The notes under the pieces: generated by a model
Told to the model about the DNA's origin: nothing
The model's input: the letters and a program-made list of their open reading frames with translations, nothing else
The model's database searches: none
Program-made: the position numbers and the translations under genes
In this document: piece after piece, positions 29,714 through 43,078 of the stretch
Position numbering within the stretch: the stretch's first letter is position 1
Layout of the letters: every line of letters begins with the position of its first letter
Assembly: GCF_009914755.1 (NCBI RefSeq)
Contig: NC_060927.1
Reading direction: 5' to 3' (one strand)
Source of the DNA: the human T2T-CHM13v2.0 reference genome, Homo sapiens
DNA length: 64,000 nt

Positions 29714-32700
29714 CCCACAAGTATGCCACAAACACGCAATAGAATGAAATAAATAATCACCCAAGGGCACAATGCTATGGTTATTTTCTTGACCTCATTT
29801 CACACAATTCTTTGAAAAAGACTTGAATATTATTCTTAGATAATTTCTCACTAGCCTGCACAGAAACCTTATAATTTTGAGTTTTAAAGTTTCTACCCTG
29901 AAATTTTAGCAAAAAATTTTCCCCCAAGAACTGCTGGCAAAAAAAATCCAACATCTTTACCATTACCTTACGCTTCTTACCAAGTTAACATTGTTATGAT
30001 AAATAGCATCAGATGCTGTATGCTTGGAATTGTTTTTAATAAATCAATTTCCATTATGATGCTCTTTAAATATGGAAATACAAAGTGTTGCTAGCAAAGA
30101 TAGTCTGCTAGTTTATTAAAATTAAATTTATTAAAATTCAGAGGTGGCTAAAAGAGGAATGTTACTGGCTTATCAACATTTGAAGCTTTCAGTTTTTTCC
30201 TACAAGATTTATTTATTATACAAGCACAAAGGATTAGATGAAAGGGGAAAGTTTTATCTCGAGTTGCCCAGGTATGCATCTTTAGAAAGGCTGTGTAAAT
30301 TTGTGTGTAGAGGAGATGAAGTAGGGAGTGCTGTTATTGCTCCTCAAAACAAACTAAACTGGATTTATCTTCATTGCCACAATAAGATAAGAAAGTTGGT
30401 CAGAGGAAAAAGTTATCAGGAAGAGTTAAGTTGCAGACCTCTCACTTCAAAGAATCTCAACTCATCAGGGTTGCAGCAAACCAGTCAAATCAGATCTGAG
30501 GCTTCCACACAGAGGGGCCCTTCAAAGACTTGCCTTAAAACTGTTGGGTCTCCTCAGATCATTGTTCCTGCAGTGACTTCCTTGGCATTGATATTAGTGT
30601 CCTCTGTCCCTGCCGAATGCTGCACACAACCCTGCAGTGGTGAGTGAAACAATACAGAAATAGACTCTCTAGAATAAGCTGCTCATTCAAAAAAGCAGAA
30701 TCAAAATGCATATAAAACACAACAGACCACATTTTTATCTTCTCTCTAGTAGAACACCTGCTTTGATCATCCAGTGATAGGGAGTCTATGGACCTGAAAG
30801 AAAACAATTCTGTTATGTTATGAATGCATTCATTCATTGTTATTTTATTATGAAATATAAGATTGTGTTCCTTGTTATTGATATGAAGTCTTTTTCTAAA
30901 CTTCCATACATTGATCTATGCTTGCTTTGAGGTTGCTAATTTTAAAGTAATTCTGGTTTTGCTTTTATAAGCACCTCTTCTATATTTAAGGACTGCTCTC
31001 CTATTCTCAGAAAGTATTCCCAATTCCAGTATAAACATCCTAGTGTCTTGTAACATTTCTTACATAAAATGGCAAGGTCTCTTAGTGTTATAGTCACCAT
31101 TCTCAAAAGTCTCTACAGTTTTATCACAGTTCATTTAAAACATGGTAATCAGAAATAAATATAATACACAGTACAGTTCAGGGAAGAGGTAAAGCAAAAT
31201 GGTGGAACAGAAGGTTCTGCTCCTCCCTCAAGGACACCAATTTAACAACTGTCTACACAGTAAAAACATCTTCATAAGAACCAGAAATCAGATGAGCCTT
31301 CCTCATACCTGGTTTCATCTTTGTATCACTGAAATAGGCACAGAAGATATAGAAAAAACAAACAGCCTTAAATTGCTGATACCACTCGTCCACCAAACCC
31401 AGCTGCCAAGGCGTGGTGCAAAGAGCATCTCTGGGCCCTGCGGGAGGGCAAACACAGCAACTGGGAGACAATGAACTCAGTGCTGTCCTATTAGAGCAGA
31501 ATGGAAGACCAGACCGAATTCATCTGACACCCACCCATGGAGGGAGCATTTATACTCGCACTAACCAGAGGGCAGTTGCCAATTCCGGAGGTCTGAACGT
31601 GACTTCCCACAAACTCTGCCACCAAGGGCCACAGTGCTCTGCGTCTCTAAGTAAACTTAAAAGGTAGTGTAGGCCATAAGGACTGCAATTCTTAGGTAAG
31701 TTCTAGTCCTCAAATGAGCCCAGACACAGTGGATTCGGTGGAGTGCATGCGACCTGAGACATCAGCCAAGGTGGTTAAGGGAATGCTGGCATCACCCCCC
31801 TCCTAATCCCAGACTGCTTCACAAGAGATCCCTTCCTTCTGCTTGAGGACAGGAGAGGGAAGAGTGGGGAGAACTTTGTCTTGCATCTTGGATACCAGCT
31901 CAGCCACAGCAGGATAGGGCACTGATCTGATTTGTGAGGCCCTCATTCCAAGACCTAGCTCCTGGAAGACATTTCTAGACACACTCTTGGTGAAAAGGGC
32001 ACCCACTACCTTGAAGGGAAGGACCCAGTTCTGGCAACATTCATCATTTGCTTACTGAAGAGCTCTTGGGCCCCGAATAACCAGCAGCAATACCCAGGTA
32101 CTATACTGAGGGCCTTGAGTGAGGCTGTGAGTCTTCCCTGTTTCAGGTGAGATACAGCACATCATCAGCCGCGGTGGCTGTGGGGTGAAACTCCTTCGGC
32201 TTGTGAAAAGCAGAGGCAAAAGTAAAGGGGAATTTGTCTTACACCTTATGTACCATCATGGCCATGGGGACGTAGAGCACCAAGCAGCCTCTTGGAGTCC
32301 CAATTCCAGGACTTGACTCGTGGATGGCATTTCTGGACTTGTCCTTGGCCAGAGGGGAGCCCCCTGTCCTGAAGAGTGAATCCAGGCAGAATTCATCTTG
32401 GGCTTTAAGGGAATATTTGCAGTAGTCTTGCAGTACTCCCTGTGGCTTGTGGTGGCAGTGGGTATGGGATGAAGCTCCTCTACCTTTGGAAAGAGTGGGA
32501 AGAGCTGCATCTTGTGGTGTGAGTGCCAGCTCAGCTGCAGTACAGTAGAACACCAGGTAGACTTTTAGGGATTTTGGCTCTGGTTCCTGTCTCCTGGATA
32601 GCATCTCTGGACCCCACCCAGGGCCTGGGAGAGCTCGCTGCCCTGAAGGGAAGGACACAGGCCTGGCTGGCTTTGCTGCCTGCTGAATGCAGAGGCCCAG

Positions 32701-35700
32701 GGCCTTGAGTGAACATAGGCAGTAGCCAGGGAGTAGTTACAGTATCTCTTGTGTGAGATCCAGGGCTGTGCTGGCTTCACATCTGACCCAGCATAGTCAT
32801 AGTGGTGGTGGCCATGGGAGTGCTTTTGTCACTCTACTACAAGCTTTAGGTGGCTCAGAACAGAGAGATGAGACTGTTTGTTTAGAAGAAAGTAAGAGAC
32901 GAGAGCAAGAGTCTCTGCCTAGTAATACAGATAATTCTCCCACATTTTGTCTAAGACAATCAAGGTGGTACCCCTACAAGTCTGCAAGAATCACAGTATT
33001 ATGGGACTTGAGGTGCCTCCAAAAGCAGAAACAGCTTATATCACAACACTCAAGTCCTTTCAAATACCTGAAAAGCCTTCACAAAAAGAATGGGTACAGA
33101 TAAGCCAAGACAATGAAGACTACAATAAACACCTAACTCTTCAATGGCCAGACACCAAAGAACATCTACTAGCATCAGCACCATCCAGGAAAAGATGGCC
33201 TCACCAAATGAACTACATAAGGCACCAGGGACCAATCTTGGAGAAACAGAGATGTGTGACCGTTCAGAGACAGGATTTAAAATAGCTACGTTAAAGAAAC
33301 TAAAAAATATTAAAGATGACACAGAGGAGGAATTCGGAATGCTATTAGATACATTTAACAAAGAAATTGAAATAAAAAGAATCAAGCAGAAATTCTGGAG
33401 CTGAAAAATGCAATTGGCGTACTTAAGAATCAAAGTCATTTAATTGCAGAATTGATCAAGGAGAAGAGAGAATTAGTAAGCCTGAAAACAAGCTATTTGA
33501 AAATACATAGTCAAAGGAGACAAAGGACAAGACTAAAAAACAGAGAAGCACACCTATGAGATCTAAAAAATAATCTCAAAAGGGCAAACCTAAGAGTTAT
33601 TGGCCTTAAAGAGGAGGCAGAGAAAGAGATAGAGGTAGAAAGTTTATTCAAAGGGATAATAACCATAAAGAAAATCTGGGACTCAATGACTTCATTGCTG
33701 AATTCTACCAAACATTTAAATAACTAATAACAATCTCACTCAAACTTTTCCAGAAAATAGAGGAGGAGGTAATACTTCCAAACTCATTCTACAAGGCCAG
33801 TATTACCCTGATGCCAACACCAGACAAAGACACATCAAAAACAAAACAAACAAAACAAAACTGCAGGTCAATATACCTGACAAATATTGACACAAAAATC
33901 ATGAACAAAATACTGGTAAAACAAATTCAACAATACATTAGAAAGATCATTCATTATGACCAGGTAGGATTTATCCCTGGGATTCAAGGATAGTTCAACA
34001 TACACAAATCAATCAGTGTGATACATCATATCAACAGGATGAAGGATAAAAACCATATCATCATTTAAATTGATGCTGAAAGAGCATTTGAAAAAATTCA
34101 ACATTGCTTTGTGATTAAAAAAACTTAAAGAACTGGTATAGAAGGAACATATCTCAACATAATAAAAGCCATATATGATAGACCCACAGTTAGTATTATA
34201 CTGAATGAGGTAAAACTGAAAGCCTTTCTTCTAAGATCTGGAACATCACAAGGATGCTCACTTTCATCGCTGTTATTCAACATCATACCAGAAGTCCCAC
34301 CTACAGAAGTCAGACAAGAGAAAGATATAAAGGGCATCCAAATTGCAAAGGAAGAGATCAAATATCCTTGTTGTATCCTAATACAAGATGACGTAATCTT
34401 GTATTAGGAAAAACCTAAACAGTCCACAAAATAGCTATTAGAACTGATAAACAAATTCAGTAAAGTGGCAGGATACAAAATCAACATACAAAAATCAGTA
34501 ACATTTCTATATGTCAACAGCGAATAATGTGAAAAAGAAATTAAAAATGTAATCTCATTTATAATGTGATAATTCCTTACCAAGGAATTAGTAAAATAAG
34601 TGGAAGATCTCTATAATGAAAACTATAAAACACCGATGAAAGAAATTGAAGAAGACACAAAAAAATGGAAAATTATTTCATGTTATTGGATTGAAAGAAT
34701 AAATATTGTTAAAATGTCCATACTACCCAAAGAAATATACAGTTTCAATGCAATCCCTATCAAAATACCAATGGGATTCTTCACAGAACTAGAGAAAACA
34801 ATCCTAAAATTTCCATAGAACCACAAATGACACAGAATAGCCAAAATGATGCTAAGCAAAAATAACAAAACTGGAAGAATCACATTACCTGACTTGAAAG
34901 TATACTACAGAGCTATTATAATCCAAACAGCATGGTACTGGTGTAAAAACAGACATACAGACCAATGGAACAGGATAGAGAATGCAGAAAAAAATCCACA
35001 CACCTACAGTGAACTCATTTTTGACAAAAGTGCCAAGAACATACATTGGGGAAATGACAGTCTCTTCAATAAATAGTGCCAGACTAGATACCCAGATGCA
35101 GAATGAAACTAGACCCCTGTCTCTCACCATATTAAAAAATCAAATAAAATGGGTTAAAGATTTAAATCTAATATCTCAAACTATAAAACTACTACAAGAA
35201 AACATTGAAGAAAATATCCAGGACATTGGTCTGGACAAAGATTTCTTGAGCAACACCCCACAAGCACAGGCAACCAAGGCAAAAATGAACAAATGGGATC
35301 ACATCAAGTTAAAAAACTTCTGCACAACAAAGGATACAATCAACAAATTGAAGAGACAACACACAGAATGGGAGAAAATATTTGTGAACTACCCATCTGA
35401 GAAGGGATTAATAACCAGAATATATAAGAACCTCAAATATCTCTATAGGAAAAAAATCTAATAATCCAATTAAAAAATGAGCAAAATATTTGAATAGACA
35501 TTTCTCAAAATAAGACATATAAATGGCAAACAGGCATATGAAAAGGTGTCCAACAATCATTTATCATCAGAGAAATGCAAATCAAAACTACAATGAGATA
35601 TCATCTCACCCTAGTTAAAATGGATTACATTCAAAAGACAGGCAATAATAAATTCTGGTAAGGATGTGCAGTAAAGGGAACCCTTGTACACTGTTGGTGG

Positions 35701-35764
35701 GAATGTAAACTAGTACAACCACTATGCAGAACAGTTTGGAGGTTCCTCAAAAATACTAAAAACT

Positions 35765-36080
35765 GGCCCAGCGCAGTGGCTTACGCCATTAATCCCAGCA
35801 CTTTGGGAGTCCGAGGCGGGCAGATCACGAGGTCAAAGATTGAGACCATCCTGGCCAACATGGTGAAACCCTGTCTCTACTAAAAATACAAAAATTAGCT
35901 GGGCGTGGTGGCGCATGCCTGTAATCTCAGCTACTCAGCAGGCTGAGGTAGGAGAATCACTTGAACCCGGAGGTGGAGGTTGCAGTGAGCCAAAATCACA
36001 CCATTGCACTCCAGCCTGGGTGACAAGAGCAAAACTCTGTCTCAAAAACAAAAACAAAACAAACAAAAAAAAAACCTAAA
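35765..36080 (+). mobile_element. AluSc-like element inserted in L1MA2
   Basis: Full dimer; TSD ACTAAAAACT. Confidence 0.93.
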
Positions 36081-36278
36081 ACTAAAAACTGAGCTACCAT
36101 ATGATCCAGCAATCCCACTGATGGGTATATATCTAAAAGAAAGAAAATCAGTCAGTAGAAGAGATATCTGAACCTTTATGTTTGTTGCAGCACTGTTTAC
36201 AATAGCTAAGATTTGGAAACAACTGAAACATCCATTAACAGATGAATGAATAAAGAAAATGTGGTACATGTACACAAT

Positions 36279-36344
36279 AGAGTAAATAGTCATCTTTAAG
36301 AGAGTAAATATTTATCCTTAAAAGAGTAAATATTCATCCTTAAA
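36279..36344. repeat. 3 x 22-bp minisatellite inside the L1
   Basis: AGAGTAAATATTCATCCTTAAA-like unit at 36279, 36301 and 36323. Confidence 0.85.
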
Positions 36345-37925
36345 AGAGAATGAGATCCAGCTATTTGCAGCAACATGAATGGAGCTGGAGATTATTATGT
36401 TAAGGGAAAGAAGTCAGGCACAGAAAGACAAACATTGCATGTCTTTACTTACTTGTGGGATCTAAAAAACAAAACAACTGATTAACATAGAGACTAGAAG
36501 GATGGTTACCAGAGGATGAAAAGAGTACTAGGGGTATAGGTGGGGAGGTGTGGATGTTTAATGGGTACAAAAAAATAGGAAGAAAGAATAATATTTACTA
36601 TTTGGTGGCACAACAGAGTGACTACAGTCAATAATAACTTAATTGTACGTTTAAAAATAACTATAAGAGTATAATTGGATTGTTTGTAATATAAAGGATA
36701 AATGCTTGAGGGGATGGATACACCATTCTTCATGATGTGCTTATTTCACATTGCATACCTGTATCAAAACATCTCATGTACCCATAAATGTATATACCTA
36801 CTATGTACTCACAAAAATAAAAAAATACATATATTAACAAAATACACTACATATGATCTGACCAATATTGAGTGCACAGGTCTAAGTTCATTCTTTCCTC
36901 TTTTAGTATAGATTAGGAGTTTATGAATGTTTTTGGTAACCAGTTGCATATATTGGCTTATACTGAGTTTTAGGTAACTAAAATGCTTATTTCTTTTTCT
37001 AAGTGAATTATTTAACTGATTTACTTGAAGAGTAATGCAGAATATTACATTTATTAAATTTTACCTTGCTGGTTTTGGCCTTGATCTTGACTTGATAATT
37101 CTGGATTATTTGTTATCATCTGTGTACTTATATAGAAATATAAAACAAGAAGAAATAGTGAGTCTTGCTGTTCCAATAGAAAATAACCTGTACGTTGTCT
37201 TAATCCTCTTTACATAAGATTTTTTCAACTGGCTACAAATCCAGTAAGTTCATATATTGTTCTAGCTTATCTTACATGGACAATTCCTCAGATGCCTTGT
37301 TGAACAGACTGTCATGTCTTTACAGTATCCATACTGCTTCCTGGTGAGTACCAGCTTAACAAATCATGTATTTAAAATCCCACTCTAAATGTTTTCATGT
37401 ATGTGTGTCATAGTTTTGGACCCTCTTTCTAGAATTCAGATTTATTATAAAGAGAATTCATATTTTATCTTTTTTGAGACCAACAAGATAGGTTTTAAAC
37501 CTAACCAAACTATCATTAATAGCTTTTCCATAGTGATGTATGCAAATTCCTTCCCACACCTTGGACTATATAATTCATGATAAATTGCATGAGGGATCTG
37601 GGGCTTGAATCTGAATATAATAGTGTGATTTTAATTGGGGTCACTTAGAATGTTTGTAATATCAGTTAAATGACTTACATTCTTCGTGACTTGGTCTATA
37701 AGGATGATGAATATGAAAGCACTGATCGCAGTAACTATCAACCTTGGATTTAAATATATATACAATATATAATGTACCCATCTTTACACTTTTTCCTAAA
37801 TTCAGCCAGATAATTAATTTTATGGAATATTGCTAGATAGCATATTTCCTCTACCTCCCCATTCATAGTACCTTTGGGAATAACTACTACTAGTCACAAC
37901 TAAAATATTAATTAAATGGAAATTT

Positions 37926-38570
37926 GGCTAGACATCATGGCTCACACCTGTAATCCCAGTGCTTTGGAAGGCCAAGGAGATAAGATCATTTGATACCAGG
38001 AGTTAAGAGCAGCTGGGGCCACGTAGGGAGACCCTGTGATATGGTTTGGATTTGTCTCCACCCAAATCGCATGTTGAATGTTGCAGGTGGGGCCTAGTGG
38101 AAGGTGATTGCATCATGGGGGCAGTTTCTAATGGTTTAGTGCCATCCTCCCAGTGTTGTTCTCATAATAGAGTTCTCACAAGATCTGATTGTTTACAAGG
38201 CTGTAGCACCTCTTTTCGCCCTCTCTTTCACCTGCTCCAGCTATGGTGTGAAGCACTGGTTCCCCTTTCACCTTCCTGTCATGATTGTAAGTTTTCTGAG
38301 GCCTCCCTAGAAGCTGAACAGATGCTGCCATGCTTTCTGAACAGCCTGTAGAACCATGAGCCAATTTAACCTCTTTTCTTTATAAATTATTCAGTCTCAA
38401 GTATTTTTTATAGCAATGTAAGAATGGACTAATACACCCTATTTCTACAAAGAATAATAAAACAGAATTATCTGGGTGTGGTGGTGCATGCCTCTAGTTC
38501 TAACTACTGCACTCCAGCCTGGGTGACAGAGCAAAGCCCTGTCTCTAAAAAACAAACAAAAACCAAAAAA
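37926..38570 (+). mobile_element. AluJ split by an MST LTR; right arm internally deleted
   Basis: Left arm 37926-38036; remainder resumes at 38437. Confidence 0.85.
38037..38436 (+). mobile_element. MSTA/MSTB solo LTR
   Basis: TGATATGGTTTGGAT ... GGACTAATACA; TSD CCCTG/CCCTA. Confidence 0.88.
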
Positions 38571-41269
38571 GGTGGTGGGGGAAATACTACCTAAATTATA
38601 AAAAATTAATAGCATCATCTACATATAGACTCAAAATTCTTGGAAAAACTCACCAATGGCTTGTTCATTTTTTCATGCAGTGTAGTGAGGTTTGAGATAC
38701 CCTTACTTCTTTTTTTAGTCTCTTAGCATTTCCTAGAATTTTAATGCATGTGCTAAGCCTAGGAATTTTCTTTTCAGTTATTCTCATTTGAGTCCCAGTC
38801 CTTCTCTCTTTTGGCACTGGCCCCAGATCATTGTTTCCCTTTCCTTGCCAAAGGTTACCCATTACTGCTTACTTTCTGTGCCAATTCTACAACTGAAATA
38901 TTCTTGTTCACAAAAGCTCTAAGTCACCAGAGGGTAGGCCTTAACTCGTTTCAATGGCAATTTCCATCATATTTCTGATGTTCTCATATCCTTTTGTATT
39001 TGGAGCAGAGACTATAAGTGCTTCAACATACCATTTTAGAGTATAGTCACAAATCCATCTAACTACATATCGTTTTAGAGATTAGTACTATGTTTTGGTA
39101 GAGTTTCAGAAGAAAAAACCACAGCTGACATTAAGATTGGCAAAGCTTTGAACAATACAGCTATAAATAATTCTTTCAAGGGTGTCCTCTGTTATGAGGA
39201 TAACACCTTCACAGCCTATCTGTATGTCATTCTCTCCAAAGTGGTTTCATACTTTGGTAAGCATCTTTCTCTTTCCCTTTTGACGTCTCCAGGCACTCAG
39301 TTGCAACACATAGAAGGCCATGTTTTGAAGAATGAAAGCAATTTTCGGCCCAGAATTCTGGCTTGCTTTCCCTATCATTTTCTCTTAGAATTGAGTAATC
39401 TTTGAATTGTTCCAGAAAATATGAAAATGAACACTGTCAGTGTGGGACCCTGTTCAACACACTTAAAGATTTTGAATCACAATCTTGCTCATGTTTGGGT
39501 TTTGCATGCAATTTACATCAGACTAGAAAGATGTACGTAATAAGGATGGCAATGGCCTTCCTATTTGATAACAATAAAAACAATAATTGTTTTTTTATTT
39601 TTCCTAAAGTGAAAATTCTTTAAGCCAATTGATGGAACTAGGGATTATTGGTATTATTAAGGTATTATAAAGGGAGTGTTGATACAAACCTAATCTTTTA
39701 AGTAAAATATTGCTTCAGTGGATTGAACTGGAGATTATTGGTTATACAAAGGGCACAATAAGGCTGTGTGTCTCTGTTACAAGCCTAAATCTTTTTAATA
39801 AAGTATTTTAGACCACCATGTTTTCACATTTGCTTTTGAATAGGTAATGGCTACCATTATGCTCTTTCATGATAAATTTTCAGAGTGATCCCTAAAGGCC
39901 ATTGCATTAAAATATGAGAGTGAGTGGGAGTGATCTGTACCCTTGACTCTTATTTTTATTAGCATTAGATGATTCCTCTTAATACTTTCCACTTGAGTGG
40001 CCATTATAAAATTATAACTTTTCGGATGGAAATTTTTTAAATCACAGAAAAAAGAAATGGAGTGTACAAAAGTGGAAACTACTCATGCAGGAAGTGCCTT
40101 TCTTGCCTGGGGAATGCTATAATTTTCTGGGAAATATTGTCATAAAACACTTGATATTTTTAGAATGCTTTTACCATCAAAAACCTGCTACATTTTAACA
40201 CCGCCTCGCTCCTCTTTTATTGCAAAAAGAAAATTCCAAGTTTCATATGTTTTAAATAAATGATTACCTTCATGCTCTCCTTTTCTTGCTTCCCATTCTC
40301 TGAGTTTGTTATTACTTGGGTCTTTCCTTGGCTTTTTGTGGAGAATAAGGTTGTGCCTGGCATACATCAAACATCGACAGCAAGTGCATTAAGTCTTGGA
40401 TGTGAATGGCGTCATTTCAGCTGATGATGTCAGCCTAATGAGCACATATCCTGACTTTTGAACTTTATTAAAGCATTCCAAATTTATGTCTTTCATATAT
40501 ATATGAAAAAAATGTGATTTTTAAAAATATGAATAATCAGTCTTTAAAATAGCGGGCCTTCTAAACACAGAGAAAAATTAGTGTGATCACTACTCTCACA
40601 AATTTTATTTTAAAATAAAATGATAACAAGGACAAGAACAAACAGGGACTTTCTGATTCTGAGAATGGAAACCCACATACAAGCCCTCTAGGGACAGTGT
40701 ACGCAGATAAAAACAGTGAGAGTGGAATTTTCCTGAGTTTTATTCCTATAAATAATTAACCGAATATACTTATATAAATAAATACTTCCCTCTGGGAATT
40801 TCAGCATCATTTGAAATTTCTGAATACTAATTTTGGTTTTAGCCTCTACTCCCTATTCTCATTTTTGGCATATTTCTCTCTCCTTGTCTTTTAAGGAGAA
40901 ATCTTCCATTTTCTGAAAGACATAAAAGAGAAATTGCATAATAGTCAAAACTAATGTTTGTTATTAAGAGCAAAATGGAATTACTATAAAGGGAGGCATG
41001 ACAAAGAGTCAGGGAAAAATAACTTTACCACTGAAAATCCACAAACCTCTGGGGTTACAATTCCTAGGGAATCCCTCTGTTTCATTTTAATCTTGGGCCT
41101 TTATTCCATCACACTTTTCTTAATAAAGGAATATCACTAAACTACTAGAAGTAGCTTTTATATCAGTCATATTCTCTTCATTTTTCAATTAGTTACTGTT
41201 TTTGTAATATTGTAGAGAAAACCATGGGAGTTAGCCTATACTTCAACCATCAAGAAGTCAAAGAAAAGT

Positions 41270-41549
<280 letters not shown>

Positions 41550-42150
41550 AAGAAGTCAAAGAAGACAAGTGTTCTATTCTCTTATTTCTGAAGTCATGAT
41601 AGCCTCCTTTTTCACCCTATTATGATTTGACACGAAAGAAAAACAGATGAAAGACTGTTAAACACTTACTTCCATAAATAAGGCATTTAGCTAGTACTAG
41701 GAATAAAAGCAAAATAAGCAAGAAGACTACATTGTTTTGGCAGTAAGTCATCTAAAATAGCTGAGAGAGTCATAGAAACTGGAATATATAATTCACAAAG
41801 GTTTGCTAAGTGTATGAGCAGCGGATTTCCACTTATCGGAACTCTGTAAATCATGTGTTCCCTAAAATTGTTTAAATCCGTTTCATAACTTCATTAAGGG
41901 AGCTCTTTGTAAAAGGAGTTCTGTGTAAATTCTTTTGGATTGTGAGTAATCACTTCTTCATTGATCTGTTCTGGAAGTCAGAATTGAGTTAGTCATATTT
42001 TCTTAAATCATAGGATTACCCACGTCGTAAAAAAGCTACATTTCTCAGAAGATCCCCCTGAACTACTATGGGGCCTAGGGTGGGAGTGGAGGTAGATTGG
42101 TGGGAAGTAATGTCTAGTGAGATAGCTGACTCTTGCTTGTTCAGACCCGT

Positions 42151-42581
42151 TGAGAGGTGAAGCCAGTTGGACTTCCTGGGTGGAGTGGAGACTGGAGAAC
42201 TTTTCTGTCTTATAAGAGGATTGTAAAATGCACCGATCAGCGCTCTGTAAAAACGGCACCAATCAGCAGGATTCTAAAAGTAACCAATCACCGGGAGGAT
42301 TGAGAAAAGGGCATTCTGATAGGACAGAAATAGGACATGGGAGGGGACAAATAAGGGAATAAAAGCTGGCCACTCCAGTCAGCAGCGCCAACCTGCTTGG
42401 GTCCCCTTCCATGCTGTAGAAGCTTTGTTCTTTCACTCTTCACAATAAACCTTGCTACCACTAACTCTCTTTGGGTCTGTGCCATCTTTAAGAGTTGTAA
42501 CACTCACAGCAAAGGTCCGCGGCTCTATTTTTGAAGTTAGTGAGAACACGAACCCACCGGAAGGAACCAACTCCGGACACA
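42151..42581 (+). mobile_element. LTR12-family (ERV9-related, LTR12F-like) solo LTR
   Basis: TGAGAGGTGAAGCCAG start, CCAATCA boxes, ends GGAACCAACTCCGGACACA; 4-bp TSD CCGT/CTGT. Confidence 0.85.
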
Positions 42582-42991
42582 CTGTGATCTGGGGAGAATG
42601 ACCTCATGGACTTATTAAAGACTTCCTCACCTTCTGGCTTCTTATTAATACTGATGGAAGATCTCCAGGTGGGAGGAGAGAATGAGTGTTCATTTTGCTG
42701 GGACCCTCCCTTTTGGGCTGCTGTATGTTGCCCATGTCCCTCTACCACGGGTCATGGCTCCTGTCAGGCTGTGTTCCCTTACAACCATCCTTGTGTGATT
42801 GCCCCTTCAGTCCTAGATATAACCATGCTACTGTCATTAGCCCTGAGTACCACTCTTTCCCTCGATGGTTTCCTAAAACTCTGCCTTCGCTCATAGTTCT
42901 TTATCAAACTCTTCTCAACTGTTTGAGTGAGCCATCTTACTTCTTGACCATGTAGAAGGTTTTATGATGTGGAAAATAGTAGATTAATTTT

Positions 42992-43078
42992 TTTTTTTTC
43001 GGTGTTGAAGTCTTAATTTCGGCAATTTTGTTTTTTATTTCTACAATTTATGTTTGACATTTTTTCATATCAAGGTCA
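42992..43078 (-). other. SVA 3'-transduced sequence with second poly(A)
   Basis: Lies between the SVA tail and the left TSD copy GATTAATTTT (42982-42991; right copy 46101-46110). Confidence 0.8.

Larger units (their letters stand above)
31180..36826 (+). mobile_element. L1MA2-like element with 5' UTR, partial ORF1, internal deletion, ORF2 RT/C-terminus and 3' UTR
   Basis: Long GC-richer 5' UTR; ORF1 fragment (33144-33404); ORF2 fragments (33811-35461); L1MA2-type 3' UTR GGATAAATGCTTGAGGGGATGGATAC. Confidence 0.88.

Noticed and set aside
30144-30647. 167-aa ORF in unique DNA
   Set aside because: GTG start, no recognisable domain or homology; compatible with chance.
33144-35461. L1 ORF1/ORF2 peptides as a functional element
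   Set aside because: Fragmented by stops and frameshifts, endonuclease deleted, RT catalytic motif disrupted.
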